Below are positions 24,201 to 39,200 of a DNA stretch of 64,000 bases, piece by piece. Made by a program: the position numbers and the translations under genes. The notes beneath the pieces were generated by a model that was given only the letters and a program-made list of their open reading frames with translations, did no database searches and had not been told where the DNA came from. The stretch comes from Balanoglossus misakiensis (lineage: Eukaryota > Animalia > Hemichordata): assembly GCA_040954595.2 (NCBI GenBank), contig CM082584.2, forward strand, positions 9,443,061 to 9,507,060, written 5' to 3'. How positions within the stretch are numbered: the stretch's first letter is position 1; each line of letters opens with the position of its first letter.

Positions 24201-27200
24201 ATCCATTTCTTCAGCTCCTCCCGCTCTTCCACGGATCTCCTGACGGGCTGTACCGACGCCGTTCCCGGGTCCTCGTCTGCACCGTCTCCGGTTCTCTTGG
24301 CTGATGGGAAGAAGACGTCTTTCAACTCCTGATTGCTGAGTCTGGTGTACTCCCACAGCTTATCTTCATATCTGTAAGTAAACATTTTTTTCCAAACTTC
24401 ATTCAGCGTTCTTTCAAATGTTTGGGTATATGGTGGTTGAAAGTGATCGACCCTTGACCTGCTAACTGAGGCAAGGAGACAAGCATGCCAAATAGTTCTC
24501 CTGTCTTTACCAAGTAACACTTCATTACACCAGAAACACCGCAGGTCAGTTGGGTATTACTATGTGGTTTAATACTGACATTACTTGACATGTCACGTGG
24601 TTTGGGTAGCATGGGGCAATGAACTGGTTAGGGAAGTTCAGTTATAGCAGGGATAGAGTTTAACGTGTGTTACTAGCACTTATCATTATGTAAAAAGTTT
24701 GAATATTGAAAGGTAAAGAGCTGTGATATATAAAGCATGACAACAGCTGAGAATGGAATAGCAGCTAGGGCAGACCAGCTTGCAGAAATTAAGGATGATG
24801 GCAGCATTCTAACAACACAACATGCCACACCACAAACAACTACAACAGCAACCATGTACTGTGATACATGTTACAAAACAACAACACACTATGACACATA
24901 ACATAGCACAACACAACAACACAAAGCAAACAACACACCACATCAGCTCTATACGAGTAACCATGAAGAACACTTTTGACATCCACACAACCAACCTGTC
25001 TTGCACATGTTGCTTAGCAGCCTCTTTCTGTTCCCTGGTGATGCCCAACTGGGTCGTGTCCACATCGTCGTCGGCGATGACCTCCGCTATGATGTCACTG
25101 ACCCCGCTCAGTCCAGAAATGTGTAGCAAGTTCTCGTCTGCTTGCGTTCTGGTCGCTCTGACGCTTGGTAGACCAGCGCTTTCATTCGGAGCCCTGCACC
25201 AGTGAGTGGTAGGATGAAAACTATTGCTACATGTGTGTGATTATGAAACTATAGCACCCACAGTAAAATATTGCTAACATACACGCGCAAAGCATATGGA
25301 AGAACCGCAAGTAAAAGTTTGCTGTTGTGAACAGGGTGACACTCTCTCTCCCTCTCACATAAAGTGTTAAGTATGTGCATTCACTGCGAGTCAGGGTTAA
25401 AATAATTGTGCATCAACCTAGCACTTGAAAGGACATTAAGCTCCAACTCTATAGTTTAGTAAAGTACTGGCTTCTTTAAACAGCTCTTATTTGTTAGAGG
25501 CAAGCTTATTTCATAAAGGTATGAGGCCTCAACTGACATATCATTTGTATTCCAGAATATGAATTTTATGCACATAAATGTATATCGTCATCGAGCAAAT
25601 TCCTGATTATTCCAAGTATTGCATGCAAGCAATTAGGCATTTACTGTAAATGGATGATTCCAGAGTAAGTCCTACTGTTCTATCACCTACCCAGCATCCA
25701 TTTTGGCCCTTCCCTCTCTTCCTCTCTTGACTTCCAAGCTATCTTCCGGCGTGAACTCTTCCTCCGATTCCCGTTTAGTCGGTCGGGCCGTGATGTCGAC
25801 GTCTCCCATTTCCCTGGCGTCGGGCACCGGGCTGGGTGTGGCTTCCTTGGAAGTGTAGTACGTCTTGGGTCTGGTCTCCTCCTCAGGTGCTATGGCTTCT
25901 GCCATCTGATCCACAGTGTGGAGAAGCTACAGGGCAAAAGATACCATGATTTTGATTAATAATATACGATCACCTATGCAAGTTGAGCCACAGTTACCAT
26001 GGAAAATGGACACCTAGCCAATCATGGATTTTCAGTGGGTGGCCATGTGAAAAAAGTGCACCATAACCACCACATGGTTATATGGAGACCTAGAGTTGCA
26101 CTTTTTTTTTACCAAATATGGGCATATATAAATAGGCGTGACTGCATTCCTTGAACAATGCGAATGACAGGAATTGGGATCACAGTTGCCATCCCTTAGT
26201 ACTATAAACTAACCCCTAAACAGTCAACGACGATGTCAGATGTACATGCAGCCCTGCACTTACCAGATTGGTGTCTTTAAATTCTCTCTCCATGTTCTGT
26301 GCCATGGTGTCGATTGCATTCAGCTGATCGTTCATTTCGATCAGTTTCTCGGACATCTTGTGTTTGGCCCGGTCACGGTCCGCATGGCTCATCCTGACCC
26401 GGGGTAACATGTGAACGCTGTGGAGAAGGGAAGTCAGAATTCAATGTGGTGGCAATTGGTGTCGTGAATGAAGAGCAATGGTTGGAAAGGGACTGTTTTT
26501 ATGAGAATGCAGTATGGTATGGAACAGCATCTTCATGCAAATGCTTATTACAGAGACCCATATACAGGAAAATGAAATGAAACAGAAGAAATTCTTACCT
26601 GTCTGCCTGTATACCACCGTCTAATATCGAAACAGTCAAGCCATCGGGACCAGTTTCCGGCAATGGAGACATAGTCGGCTCAGCATCCCTGTCTCTCAGA
26701 GCCCTGTAGTGCAACTCAGCAATGGTTGGTTCCGTCTGACCTGGTGACCTTCTGGGAGACTGCCTCTGGGCTGGTCTCTTCGGGGGCTCGTCTTTATCGG
26801 GTATGCTGTTCAACACGCTGGCGTCGATGTCGACGACATTGATGTAGGCTCTGCCCGATTCCTGTGGATGAATGTAAAGACGATGATGAAATTGCATCGA
26901 CGTGATAAGATTCTGTTTTCATGGTCCAAAGCTGCTGGGTCATATAATTTTAATGCAAATCTTGGAAATGGAAATCATCACACACCTCATGTATACTATC
27001 TTAGTTTGTGATTCAAATGCCTGCAACAATCTATGGACGTGGAAGCACGTAAAGATAAACAAACCCAAATCAAATCGGACACTCACACTTGGTGGTTGTT
27101 GGTCAGGCTCATCTGCCACGCTAGGTTGACTCTCCTTGGCTTTGCCAAAACGTAAACCGAAGAAGATATCCGGTGCGATGATCTGTCCGTTCTCTGTGAG

Positions 27201-30200
27201 ACCAGTGGCAGCTTCGGCGTACTGGGAGACAGCATCTGAGGCTGTCGGGGGACCTGAATATAGGAATTATGAGGTGCAGTTTACTGAAAGGTACATAGGA
27301 CCTTTAATATTGCAATCTGAACAGCAGTGAAAATATAGTACTAGTACATCAAGGCTGGCTGACTCTGGAAGTTCAAATTACTCAGCTGTGCATCTGATAG
27401 TGTAATTTATTCGCTGAACTTTGCATAATGTTGTGTACATCTAGAAGTCCTATGACATGATGAATCTTGCAACAAAAGCCTTCGTATCTCTTACCATCTG
27501 GTTCCATGAAGCGTACACTCCTGCTGGGATCAAGTCCGTTGGCGTCCATGGAGGTTGCCACATCTTGCCTGGCAGCGCGATCGCTGGGCTTGGCTTCTTT
27601 GTTGCTGATAGCCGTGTAGTGGATCTCAGCTGATGTCGGATAGATGGAGATGTCTCTCTTTTTTTGTAGTTCTGAATCGTATGTTCCTGTTCACCAGGTA
27701 TGAAGGTAAAATGCAGGAGTTTTCTTAGACCTTTGTTTCAGTTGAGTATGCATCCCCCCTACTGTTACCATGGGATATTGAAATGTAGGCAATCACATAT
27801 TTTCATGGATTTGACTTCTCACTGTGTGTGTGGTATATATACTTACCTGGAGGAATCACATATTCTTTTCCAAGACCATGAATGGCATCTTCTGATACTT
27901 CCTCCTGAGACAAAGAATCATAGATAGTAAATTCTGGCTGTCTTCAGGAAACATTGAAATAAAACTAATACAGAGAAGGATGAACTGCATATTTCAAAAC
28001 CTGGGATGCCTCACCTCTTTTCTAATCTCCCTTTTCTGGGTGACTTGTCTCTCTTGCTGTGAAACTGGCTCCGTTTTACTCTCATCTGTTTTGGGTGACT
28101 TCTGTATCTTTTCTTTCTGTCTTCTTCTCCTACGTCTGTCATAACCAGGTAAAAAAACCCCAAGAAGATTAGTTTGCTTGCTTATTCTGATGACATAATG
28201 AAATGTCATCTAAAACCCCCAGGAACTTCAATTTCTTGACATGAAATATCGGTAGCCGTGCCAACTCACCTGGTCACATTGTTGCGATCTCCCTCGGCTT
28301 CAAATGGTCCTATATCCACGTGCAGCAACTGAACAGGTCCCAATTCATCAGCATTAGCGTAGTACTCTTTCCTAGTCTTATCCGGGACGTTGGCTGGATG
28401 TCCAAACACCAGCCTGGAATGCCACTCCCGGATGTTTGCGTTCTTGATGTTGTGTTTATAGATGCCCCTGTACTTTGCAAACTCCCGCTGGTATTTCTGC
28501 TGCTCGTAGTCAATTATCAGCTCGGGTGCAATCAATCGCGGGACGCCGTGGTAACCGTTTCCGCCGCGACCGTCAAACGGTTTGTACGAGTCGCTCTCCA
28601 TGTGCAGGAGAGGGAAGGCAAAACCGTTTGATTCCTGCGGGGCACGCCTATCATGCTCTGGAGGGGCTTGCTTGGAATCCACCTGTGGCAGGTGGGCGTT
28701 CTCTCCGTCGTCACGCGTCTTGTAGTAATGACCGAACAGACTCGATGGAACTTGGTGTCCGGGTTCCAGCTTTAGAAGTGGAACCCCGCCCGGTGGTTCG
28801 TGTTGTACTCCCGGTGCCTGGGCGTGTCTCCCTATTTGGGCTCTCAGCGCTGCTTCTCTGTCTTCAACGTGTTGCCTGTGGTGCGACTGTTCGCTCTCGT
28901 CGGCTACGGAGAAGAATTTCTTACCGTGGATGTTCCCCTTGATAGCGTCCGGCGCATACTGATCCATTTCCTGTCTGGACTTGACGTCGTCCTGGAACCG
29001 TCGGAGTTCGGGTCGGCTGAAGAACTCCTTCCCTGACTGAGCGTCCCACGGCGGCTTCACCCACGCCTCTTGCGGGAAGTGAGACCACGCCCTGGGCATG
29101 CGGAGGTGCGCCTGCGCTTCCGGCGGCAGCCGGAGCAGAGGCATGCCGTGCTCGAGCACGGGTTCGTGGTAGGAGCGAGCGGAGTGCATCGGGTCCCGGG
29201 GCGTGAACCGGTCAAACCCGGGAACGAAGTGCGGCGGACCCGCCCTGGCACTTTCCGGGTAGTACGGATGCCCGTCAACATACGGCACATCTGCACCATG
29301 GGACAGTGGGCCGTACAGTCTGATATCAGGAGGTTGTTCCTCACCCAGCATCCGCAGTGTCTGTCCGGTCTGCGTGTCTGCGTGCATCTGCGCTGGCGCA
29401 ACTTGTACATCCACATGCGCATGTGACGCATCCCTTGATGAGTGGCTCCTGCTTGACTCGTCCCGTACAGATCTTCCTGATCTTTTGGGTCGGTCTTTGG
29501 GACTTGAGTCAAGTTCTATTGTGCCACTGCTATCAAGCAACTGCATGATATTCTGTTGTTGCGCCTAGGAAATGCAAAACATTGCATGATTTTTGTTAAT
29601 TTAATTTTGATTTGACGATGATGACAACAAACAGATACAGAAGCACTGTACTATCAAATATCACTTGATATACATTCACTGACTTCAAGTCTACTCATTT
29701 CAAGTCTACACTGTTAATGGCTCACATACCTCCATGATCTTCTTGAGTTCAAATCTAACCATCTTTCTGATGTCTCCCGATGGAGAACCAGTTGAGTTGC
29801 TTCTTCTTCTGTATGGGGGCTCTACTCTTTCAACAGTTCTCAGGAGTGGTCTGAAAGATATACATATAACATCAGAGATACATGTACACATATAACGTTA
29901 TATTAATGAATACTCTCCATTGTAGTTTTAATCTTCATCACTGACCCTGGCATTGGCAATAAGTAGACTGGTAAATAAATTATGGCAACACAGCTAGAAA
30001 ATATTGTGATCACATAGAAATAGTAATTTGACTTACTCTGGTTCTGAGTGTACACTGTTAAGTTCATCATTGATTGAACTGACCGACAGTTCATCAGCGC
30101 TACTTGTACTGAATTCCTCCTCAGCTGTAGTTCCCTGAACATCTCCACTGTCAAGAGAGAGGTGACATTTAGTTGTAAGAGTGCACTTTTCACTCAGAGT

Positions 30201-33200
30201 GTTACACAATGTCCCTTCCACACTCTATCAATGTGTGTATGTATGTATGTGTGTGTGTATGTATGTATGTGTGTGTGTATGTATGTATGTATGTATGTAT
30301 GTATGTATGTATGTATGTATGTATGTATGTATGTATGTATGTATGTATGTATGTATGTATGTATGTATGTATGTACGTACATACACATGTACCTGCATAA
30401 TCCATATTACGTATGATGTGTGCATGTGATTTATGCACATGCTTGTGTGTGAGAAGTGAGATATGTCATTATAGTGAGCAGATACAACATATCACCCAGA
30501 CATCTGTGGGTCGTGTGCACTTTGTGCCATCCTACAATGGTATGTTGTGTGCTCACCTAAAACTCACTATTGACCACATGCATACCTGGTAGTGACATGT
30601 GTATGGGACCAGTGGTGCGTACCTGTCTATATGACATAGGTAACTTACTCTGTACACGTCACTTTCAAAGTTTTTTCCACACACTTCAATAACCCTTTCA
30701 CGCCCACATCTCTGTATAATGGGCTCATCCACAGTGTTAGAAACAAAAGGGATGAAGACCCAGGTTTACAGCGGCGAAAGGGTTATAAAAGTGTGATCGC
30801 AATTCCACACGACTGCTTCTTTTATTTAAGAGTTGTTGTTGTTTGAGGAAATATCTTCTGGGAAGAATTTCCTAAAAACGCTGTACAGAATACTAAAATG
30901 CATAAACAGAAGACCTGGGTTAAATTTATTTCAAAGGGGCAAACCCTGCTGCCTGCATCATTATGCAATTGATGATGCTGTTTGCACTTTGAGTTGCTAC
31001 TCCAATTATAATACATGTACCACTTCCACTGTTGTTTGCGAAGTTCAAATGCCTCATACAAAATTCTCTTTTCAATGTCACTGTATACAATGTTGAAATG
31101 ACACAGGATAACATCATGTCCAGGGGGTGACTGTCCTGATACCATGTCATGAAACCAAATGTCCAGGGGGTGACTGTACACGTCCAGATACTGTACAAGA
31201 ACACCACATGACACTTACCCAGTCTTGTCGCTGGTACTCATAAATGTCAATTTCATCGGTTCTACATGAGACTCTAATGGTTCACTGAAAAGTGGAGTTT
31301 CTCTGCTCAGAGCATCGTCTGGTGTAATGCTTCTTCTCACCTGAAATAATATAGAATACATCAGTCAATCTTGCAAACCTCCTTGAGTCAAAGTTTAACC
31401 ACTGCAACTCTGACTTGTTTGTTGGTAAATGTTCAATTTTCATAGTGCAATGTGTGCTAAGGTGGTGTAGGAGTTTAAGACAGTGGCACTATACTAATAC
31501 CTGATCTGTCCTGTCAGTAAATGGTGATGCTGCTGTCGGGAGTGGACTAACTGCAGTGATGTCTTCAGTTATATCTGTCTCGGCAGGTGATCTGCTTCTC
31601 GTGAACGGTGATTCCATTCTCTCGTCACCCGAGTGCTCCAGGTGCCTCCTCGCCCTCTGAGCTTCAATCCGCCCCTTTCTGTGTTCTCCAATCACGTGCG
31701 CAGTCTCTGCGATCTCCACGCGTTTCTGCTCAGTTTTCGCCTTCTTCTTTTTCTTCTTCTTCGCCTTGTCTTTCTTCTTGTCGCTCTTCTTTCTGGGTTT
31801 CGGTTCTGGCTTGGCCGCGGCTTTCGCTTTGGCGGCCGCGTCTTCGGGGCTGGCGGTCATGTCGGTGTCCTCCTCCAGGATCACCGGGGCCAGCTTGCGG
31901 GCGTCGCTGCTGCCGGCCGCCGGGAGGTACTTGTTGTCGTTCAACCACAGGCAGTTGTGGACCAGCTGCAGCGGGAGGTGGACCCGCATGACGCCGATCC
32001 CGCTGTCCGCGATGGCCGCGGCCGGTCCGTTCTGCTTCCGCGGCATCACGATGTGGTGCTTCCCCGACCACCTGGTCAGCCACTCCATCAGCTGGCTGAC
32101 GCCGTCGTACTTCGGGTCCAGGCTGACGTTGATGTTGGCGTACGGGCTGAAGCCGTGCGAGAGCCCCACGTGCGCGAAGACGTCGCTTCCGGTACCGCCG
32201 CCGGAAGCCACGTCCGTCAAGCTGGAACTCCTGTGTCGCAGGGTGTCTCTCCGGGCGCTTGTTATATCAGTCGGAAGAGACTCCGAAGACGTATGCCTCC
32301 GTATCGGAAAATCAGAGACTTTGGAACTTTCCCCGCTGTAAAGCCTCTTGCGTACTTTATCCGGGTTGATGCTTCCGTGGCTGCCGTACCTCTTATGCAC
32401 AACCTGCAGGACGGGTTTGCTCTTCTGCACCAGCGATTCCGAGTAGGAACGGCTCCTGAAGAGCCCGCCGGTCAGACGCTTGGGCGAGGGGCTCCTGGCC
32501 TCCGGCTGATCCTTGGGCTTGCGGATCTCGATGAAGTCCTGCTTGGTGCGGGGCGAGATCTCCTGGTAGCTCTGGCTCCGGGACAGGACGGGGGACTGCG
32601 AGCTGATGCCGTGCCGCTGGTGGAAGCTCTTCATGACCTTGTGGGAGACGGACGTCAACTCCTGCTCTCTGATGTCGCCGCTGTACGGCAGCAGCAGCGG
32701 CAGGTGGTGCTTCAGGTCGGCCGTGTTGACCTGCGCCGACGTCTGCTTGTTGAAGGAGACCAGGAAGAAAGTGTCCAAAAACTCCAGGAACAGATCGCTC
32801 CGTTCGAACTCTCTCGAGCCGACCACCGGCAGTCCCTGAGAAGTCCGGCTCTTCCCGACAAAAATCTGGGTCTCCATCTTTCCGTACTTCTGATTCATCG
32901 ACGCCACGTCTCGCTGTTTCTCTTCGCACCTCTGCTGGAAGTAGTGCAGCAGCGGTTCCGGCTGCGGGGGCAGCTTCCGCTTCCCTTTCCTCCCCTGCTT
33001 CTCGTCCTCCACGCTGCTCGACGGGGACCTGGGCGAGGCGATGTGCGTGGTCTTCATGACCTCCACCAGCCTCTGGTACTTCTCCTCCACGGCCGGGGAG
33101 ATGACGTCGGGATGGTAGAAGTGTTCGGCCAGTATGCTCGCCGTATTCCTGGTGGCCGGCAGCTCGGATATCAAGGTCAGCGCCATGTCCTGGAGCTCGG

Positions 33201-36200
33201 CCTCCATGTCCAAGTACTGGGTGAAGGGCAGCAGACACAGTGCCCACTTCAGGGTTTCCACCAGGAGATCAAGGGTTTCTCCAAACTCCAGTGTGTCGTG
33301 TGGCTTTGAGAAAAGAAAGTAACCACGGACGTTACACACATGCAGCTATATACATACATTGTATTTGCTGTACCTGTCTTGTACTTTTTCACTACCCTTG
33401 AAAGTCACAATTGTCCATCCCTGTTGATACTGAACACTAGTTATTAGTTTTCTGTTGGCATATTTCTCAGGATTCCATTCTACTTTCATAGCAAGCTACT
33501 GAACAAATCGCTCTGTTAAAGAGCAATAAAATAACAGAAACTTACTATATACAATGTTGACTTCTCCCGGCTGGCTTGGTATTTCCTGGCACATGTGCAG
33601 AACTTGTCTCTGACATGCAGGAGCCACGTGAGAGAACAAAGATCTCGGAAACAGCCAAGAGTCTGTGCAATCGATTCATCTGTAGCCTGGCTCCCTCTAG
33701 TGGCGTGCAATAAATCGACTTCGTATTTGGAGTGTGCGGCCAGAGTGTGGGGTACATCCACAAGTAAGGAGATGTCACGGTCTCTCTATTTTAATACACA
33801 AGATATAAAATTACATTATTCTAACTATTAAGATATATCTGTGTTAAACCGTGGTCTTCCAGCATTGTTAAAGGTGTACAATCACCCAAAATTCCAAATG
33901 CCCATGCATGGTTTAAAGGCATTGTTAAAAGTCTTCCATCCGTGCAATAACATGTAAACGATTGACTGTGGTGGCTGTTTTTATGCCTGTGGTACATGAT
34001 GTCCCTACTGCACCATTGCCTTACCTGCGCTGCATTCTCAGTTTCCTGCAGGCGTATCAGCTGTTCCACGTACCACTTAGTACAAGCCAGAGTGCAGTTA
34101 GACGCATTCAGTACAAGCAACAGGAGCTGGATGGTGTTGGCGATATCATGACGCGACTGTCTCTCCTCTACCACGTCTTCTGTCTCCTCCGTCTTAATAT
34201 TGGGGGGAAAAAAGAGTAACATCATTTCAACTTGACAAATGTTCTAAATAATCATTCAAAACTAGGTGACTTATTTAAAAGTAGACCTCAACTATCATGA
34301 TCATCCATATTTACTGCACGCGTATCCATGTAAGGTGTCCACAAATTGCAGCCTTCCATTGCAGACATTCTATTTCCTAAGCACTTGATATGATTTGTGT
34401 GGACAATTCAATCAGGACTACTATCACCTGTAGAGAGACTTGCATGAGCAATGTATATACATGTGTATTCATATGTATAACACTGTATTTACTTTTAGTA
34501 AGTTTTACATTATATAAAATTGCATAATTTTCATTACATATATATAACTTACATTAAATACAACAAGCCATTTTCTTACAAAAATATGCGGTAAAATTTT
34601 ATCATTATAACATGAACAAATCAATGAAATATTTTACAATGTAATCTGATGTCAAGGATAGTTAATAATAACATGACACAAAAATCTTATTCATTAATGA
34701 ACTGTTTCAAGATGACAATAATATGAACATGCTTCAAGGAAAGGTCTCTCTGTTAATTCTTTGTTTTTCATCTGCCATGGAAAATTCAACTATACTTCAA
34801 AGGCTTTATGTCACTGATTTACATAGAGGTCATGTGACCTGTGATATCCATTCAAAATTAACTGGTTGTTGAATGTACGTTTGTAAGAGGTACTCCAGCT
34901 GAAAGTTTTGCTGTTTTTCCCCCAAGTACTTTTGTTCTGTGTATCGACTACTGTATCAGCAACATGTTCAAATGCTCAGTATTCTGTTTAGCCTGTATAT
35001 GTCTGTGTTACAATAGTACAAGATTAAGTAATGATGTTAATACTGCAACAAAACTCTTACTGTCTGCTAGAAGTGCAACATGGAGAAAAGGTTAATACCG
35101 CAATGTGACAAACAAAATTCAGCCACTGTTCAGTGCATGCCACCTGGCTTGACTGTAATGGCCAGGGTGTTGGTAATTATACAGGTACACGTATTTATAA
35201 CTGGTGCAGGTAATAACACATGCTTTAGTTCATGCATCATTTGGATTTGGGAATGGCGTCTACAAACCTTGATCTGGTACAGTTTATTCTGAGTTTGTGT
35301 ACCATTAATAAAAGACTGAACTCTGGCCTGTTTGCGATAAAACAACAGTTTTCACAACAACATTAGTGTACAAGTCAACATTACGCGCACACACAAAAAT
35401 ACACCACCACTGAAAGATTAGAAATATTACCTAAGCATAAACTGATTCCCACTGGTAAGGGTGTAATGTGTGCTGTGGCTTTTCGAGTGCACATAATGCT
35501 ACCACCACAAAAACCCAGAACAAATATCATATATAAGAAATCCTGCAATTCCACTGAAGCAGTAGTAATAATATCACTGGTATTTCTTTTTGCAATGCCC
35601 TGTTCTGAACGAAGCGATCCCAGAAATACACCATGATATCGGGTGTATCATGGTATAAATAATAAAGTTTGTATCATCAAACTGAGATACTATAACACCA
35701 ACATCGACAGTACTTTTCTCAGTCCTGAAACACCTGCATCTGTAAGTTCACTTCTGATTGGCCCAAAATCTATATATATGGCTAACTTGCATTTTGACAG
35801 CCAATCAAGATGTGTGTGTAATATATGGTGTTTGGCGTAGCTATATAAACCACACTGGACATTCTTTATCTCCTTGAACGGAAAAAGAAATTTCCCATAA
35901 TCCCATTCATGTGCTGTGGTTTTTTTTACTTTCCAACACCTTAACTCTGCACCTTACAACATGCAGGCCAACAGCACACTGGAATCATGCAATGCTCTGT
36001 GCTTGGGGAGATTCTACTAAAGTGACGTTGTACACCCGAGATTTAAAAAAAATAACTGACTAAAAAAAATGCACCCAACTTACAGTGGAGGCTGTGGCTG
36101 GCTGAGGGCAGTACAGCGGTGGCGCTGGCAAGTACAGCCCCTCGGGAACCAATCCCTGCAACTCGGAGACCAATGATTGACACCTGTCAGTCAATTTCCT

Positions 36201-39200
36201 GAGTAGCCAGGGGGTGATGTCAAGCTCGGATATGACGGCTGCTGTCAGCATGTCGGTCACTGTCTTCGACAGCTGTTCAATGTTGGAGTCCTCGTCCACA
36301 TTGAAAGAACCTGAATGAAAATGTGAAGTATTGTTTGAATTAGCACATACTGTAATGTCACTGGTTTACCTCTAATTTACATATGCCTAATTTTTATATG
36401 TCATAAAATTTACATATAAAACAATCAAGCCTTACCCATTGATGCCAGTGATGTCATGGATGGACTTTTCTTTAATGTGACCGGCGAGGGTGGTCGCAGC
36501 AAGCCTCCGCCGGCAGACTTCAAATCTTCTTGCTTCCACGCTATGCCGGGTAGTGTAGTCTGTATGAGATACTCCAGACCTGACTGGATGATGTTGGTGG
36601 GATACAACTCTTCGGGAAGCTCCTCAGAGATCAGTCTGAAATGGAGTTTGACAAGGAGATATGTTTATAGGAAAGCAAGAATATCTATGGTTCACTTGGC
36701 AGTTCTTCTGAAGAGGGGTGTTTTGATAGTGGACCACTGAATTTGGAAACCACTGTAGTTGTATTATAACAGGATACTGGGCTGAAAAAAAAAAAGAGAA
36801 ACTGACCCATTCTCTTGGTCTTTCCATATGGAGATTTGCCGGTACTTGATGTAGGTGACGCCCAGGACAAAAGCGCTCTTCCAGTCGCCCAGCTCCTTGG
36901 CGAACCAGATGGCTTCCGGCAGGAGACCAGCCACCAGCAACAACTGCAGTGCCCGGTCGCTGGTCCAGATCTCGGACAGGTCCTGTTGGCGGATGGAGTA
37001 GGAGACTGCCTCGTGGTACAGTCCTATCACCCGGCACGCTGTAATGAAGGGAATGGTGCAATGCAGAAGTTAGATGACCCAGTTCAGTGTGCTGGTATTA
37101 ACAATTTAAAATTTACCAAATCATGAAATCAGATATGACAGTGAATACTGCACTACCGTGTGTGATGTCTTTGCGGAGCAGCGACGGCAGTGGAATCGGT
37201 GAATGTGGTGGGTAGATGTAGATGGGTTTGTTGCTGAAATACAGGGCCATGAATCTGGCCAGGGACTTCACCACAGGTCGGACGTTGTCACTGTTCACAC
37301 AGGGTAAAGATGGCACCGTCTCCTGTGAGAGAAAATACACAGAGAATGGTTTAATACTACTGTCAGTGTCAACCCACCGACTTTATGTGCTGGGGGGTTA
37401 TGTGACTGTCATTGAAACATGATAACATTTTGTATCACTCACCTGAGCACCAAGCATGTTCGTGAACACCGCCATGAAGGAAGCATCAGACCTGCCGAGC
37501 CGCAGCGATTTCTGCTGCGACTTCTGTTCCGCGGTGTCTGCGACCTCTGTGTAGCAGTCGATGAGGGAGTCGACCAGCTGCAGAGCGCCCATCAAATTGT
37601 ACTGCTGCAACTGCGTGTAGAGAACCGCCAGCAGTGAATGGGTCTCCAGCACCGGGTTGATCTTCTCAGCCGGCAAATCAGGGGGTCCCAGAGCCACCTC
37701 TCTCCAGGTGTCGATAGCTTTGGCAAAGTTACTGGCCTCATAGTACATAGCACCTGAGGAAGCAGAAAATACACACACATACCATGATATAAGTATCTAT
37801 AATGTGTCTCTGTTATGGTATGTCTGCTTATGGTACAATGCTTGTCAAGGACATTTTCTCTCAAAAAAATTAGAATGTTACAATCTTACTATGCAAACCC
37901 ACTGTCAAATCATTCCTGTATCACTGAATGTACAATCAGCAAATCACTTACAGATGTAACCCCCCCCCCCATTTTGTATATACGTCCTTAAACATTACTT
38001 GTATGTATACATGTACTGTACCTTTGAGAAACATTCTGTTAGCATTTGACTTCCAAGTTTTGTCTTCTGTCACATCAAAGCCGAGGTCTCTCAGTTTCAA
38101 CTGAGTCGCACACAGCAGCAAAACCATCCTCTGTTTCTTAGCCATCAGGGGAGTGTCCAGCGAGTCGCTACCGGCTGCGGACGCTTTGGCCAGTCGGTGC
38201 TCTAACCTGGTGAAGTACTGCAGTAGTTGTCTGTACAACATCTTCCAACTCAACATCAGCCTGCAAGGGTACATGTAGGTGTGAGTTGTAACAGGAAATT
38301 CAAAAGATATTAGTTGCAGTGACAACATACATGCACCATAGAACCAATCATAGACGCTGAGCGACAATTGATATTCTGGTAGTGACATGATCAGTGTTAC
38401 AACAGCCATTACCTCTTTGCAGGTGTGTGTTTCACTGGCACTGTGTTTTCCGCCTCGATCTTCTCAATGTCCATTCCCATCCTCAGTTCCTGCAGCGACT
38501 CCCGGAGACTCTTGGCACTGATGGATCCCCTCTGGCTCCTGGCCGACAGCTGCTCGTCCAGGTCGAACTCGTCCGGGTCTCGGGTCGGCGACCTTTTCCG
38601 CTTGGTCCCCCGGCACAGAATGGTGCTCTCTATGTCGTCCGCCAGGTGGAACTCTATCTCCTCCGCCAGCGAGTCCACGCAGACCGCCTTGGAGATCCAG
38701 GTGTACGTGCCGTTCACGGACACCTCCGAGAAGAGCAGCAGGTGGTAGCAGCAGGTGAGGATGTTGGCGTAGGGCTGCGACGTCGTGTCCGACTGCAGCA
38801 GCGCCTGCACCGTCCCTAGAATCAGCCGGAAGGCGTACGTCGAGGCGTGCTGGTGGATGGTGTCCCAGCGCATGACGGACATGGCCTGCTGGAACATCAG
38901 CAGGATTCTGTAGAGTTGCGGCGAGGTGGTCATCAGTTTGAAGACCCTCTCGAGCAGGGGACTCTGCAGTGGGGGCACAGGCTCTCCCTGCCTGCTCCCA
39001 GAGTCCGTCTTCAGCATCATTTCACAGACTTTCACCATGCTGTCCACCGTTATGGTCATGATGGTGTCCAGCTGCTTGGTCCACATCTCGCTGTACGACA
39101 CGCCCAGCGACCACGCCGAGAGCAACGAGATCTCCGCAGAGTGTAGAATCTTGCCGCTGGCGTCGCCCTCCCTCGACCGTTCCTGAGTACTGCTGCCTCC

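Noticed and set aside
30162-30440. CMYV/HTYI repeat ORFs; possible CRISPR-like periodicity
   Set aside because: A (TATG)n microsatellite with no spacers.
31117-31177. 18-bp direct repeat TGTCCAGGGGGTGACTGT, two copies
   Set aside because: Only two copies in an intron; probably a local duplication.
31633-33309. 558-aa plus-strand ORF and other overlapping ORFs
   Set aside because: Antisense shadow of a GC3-rich CPLANE1 exon; no recognisable protein features.
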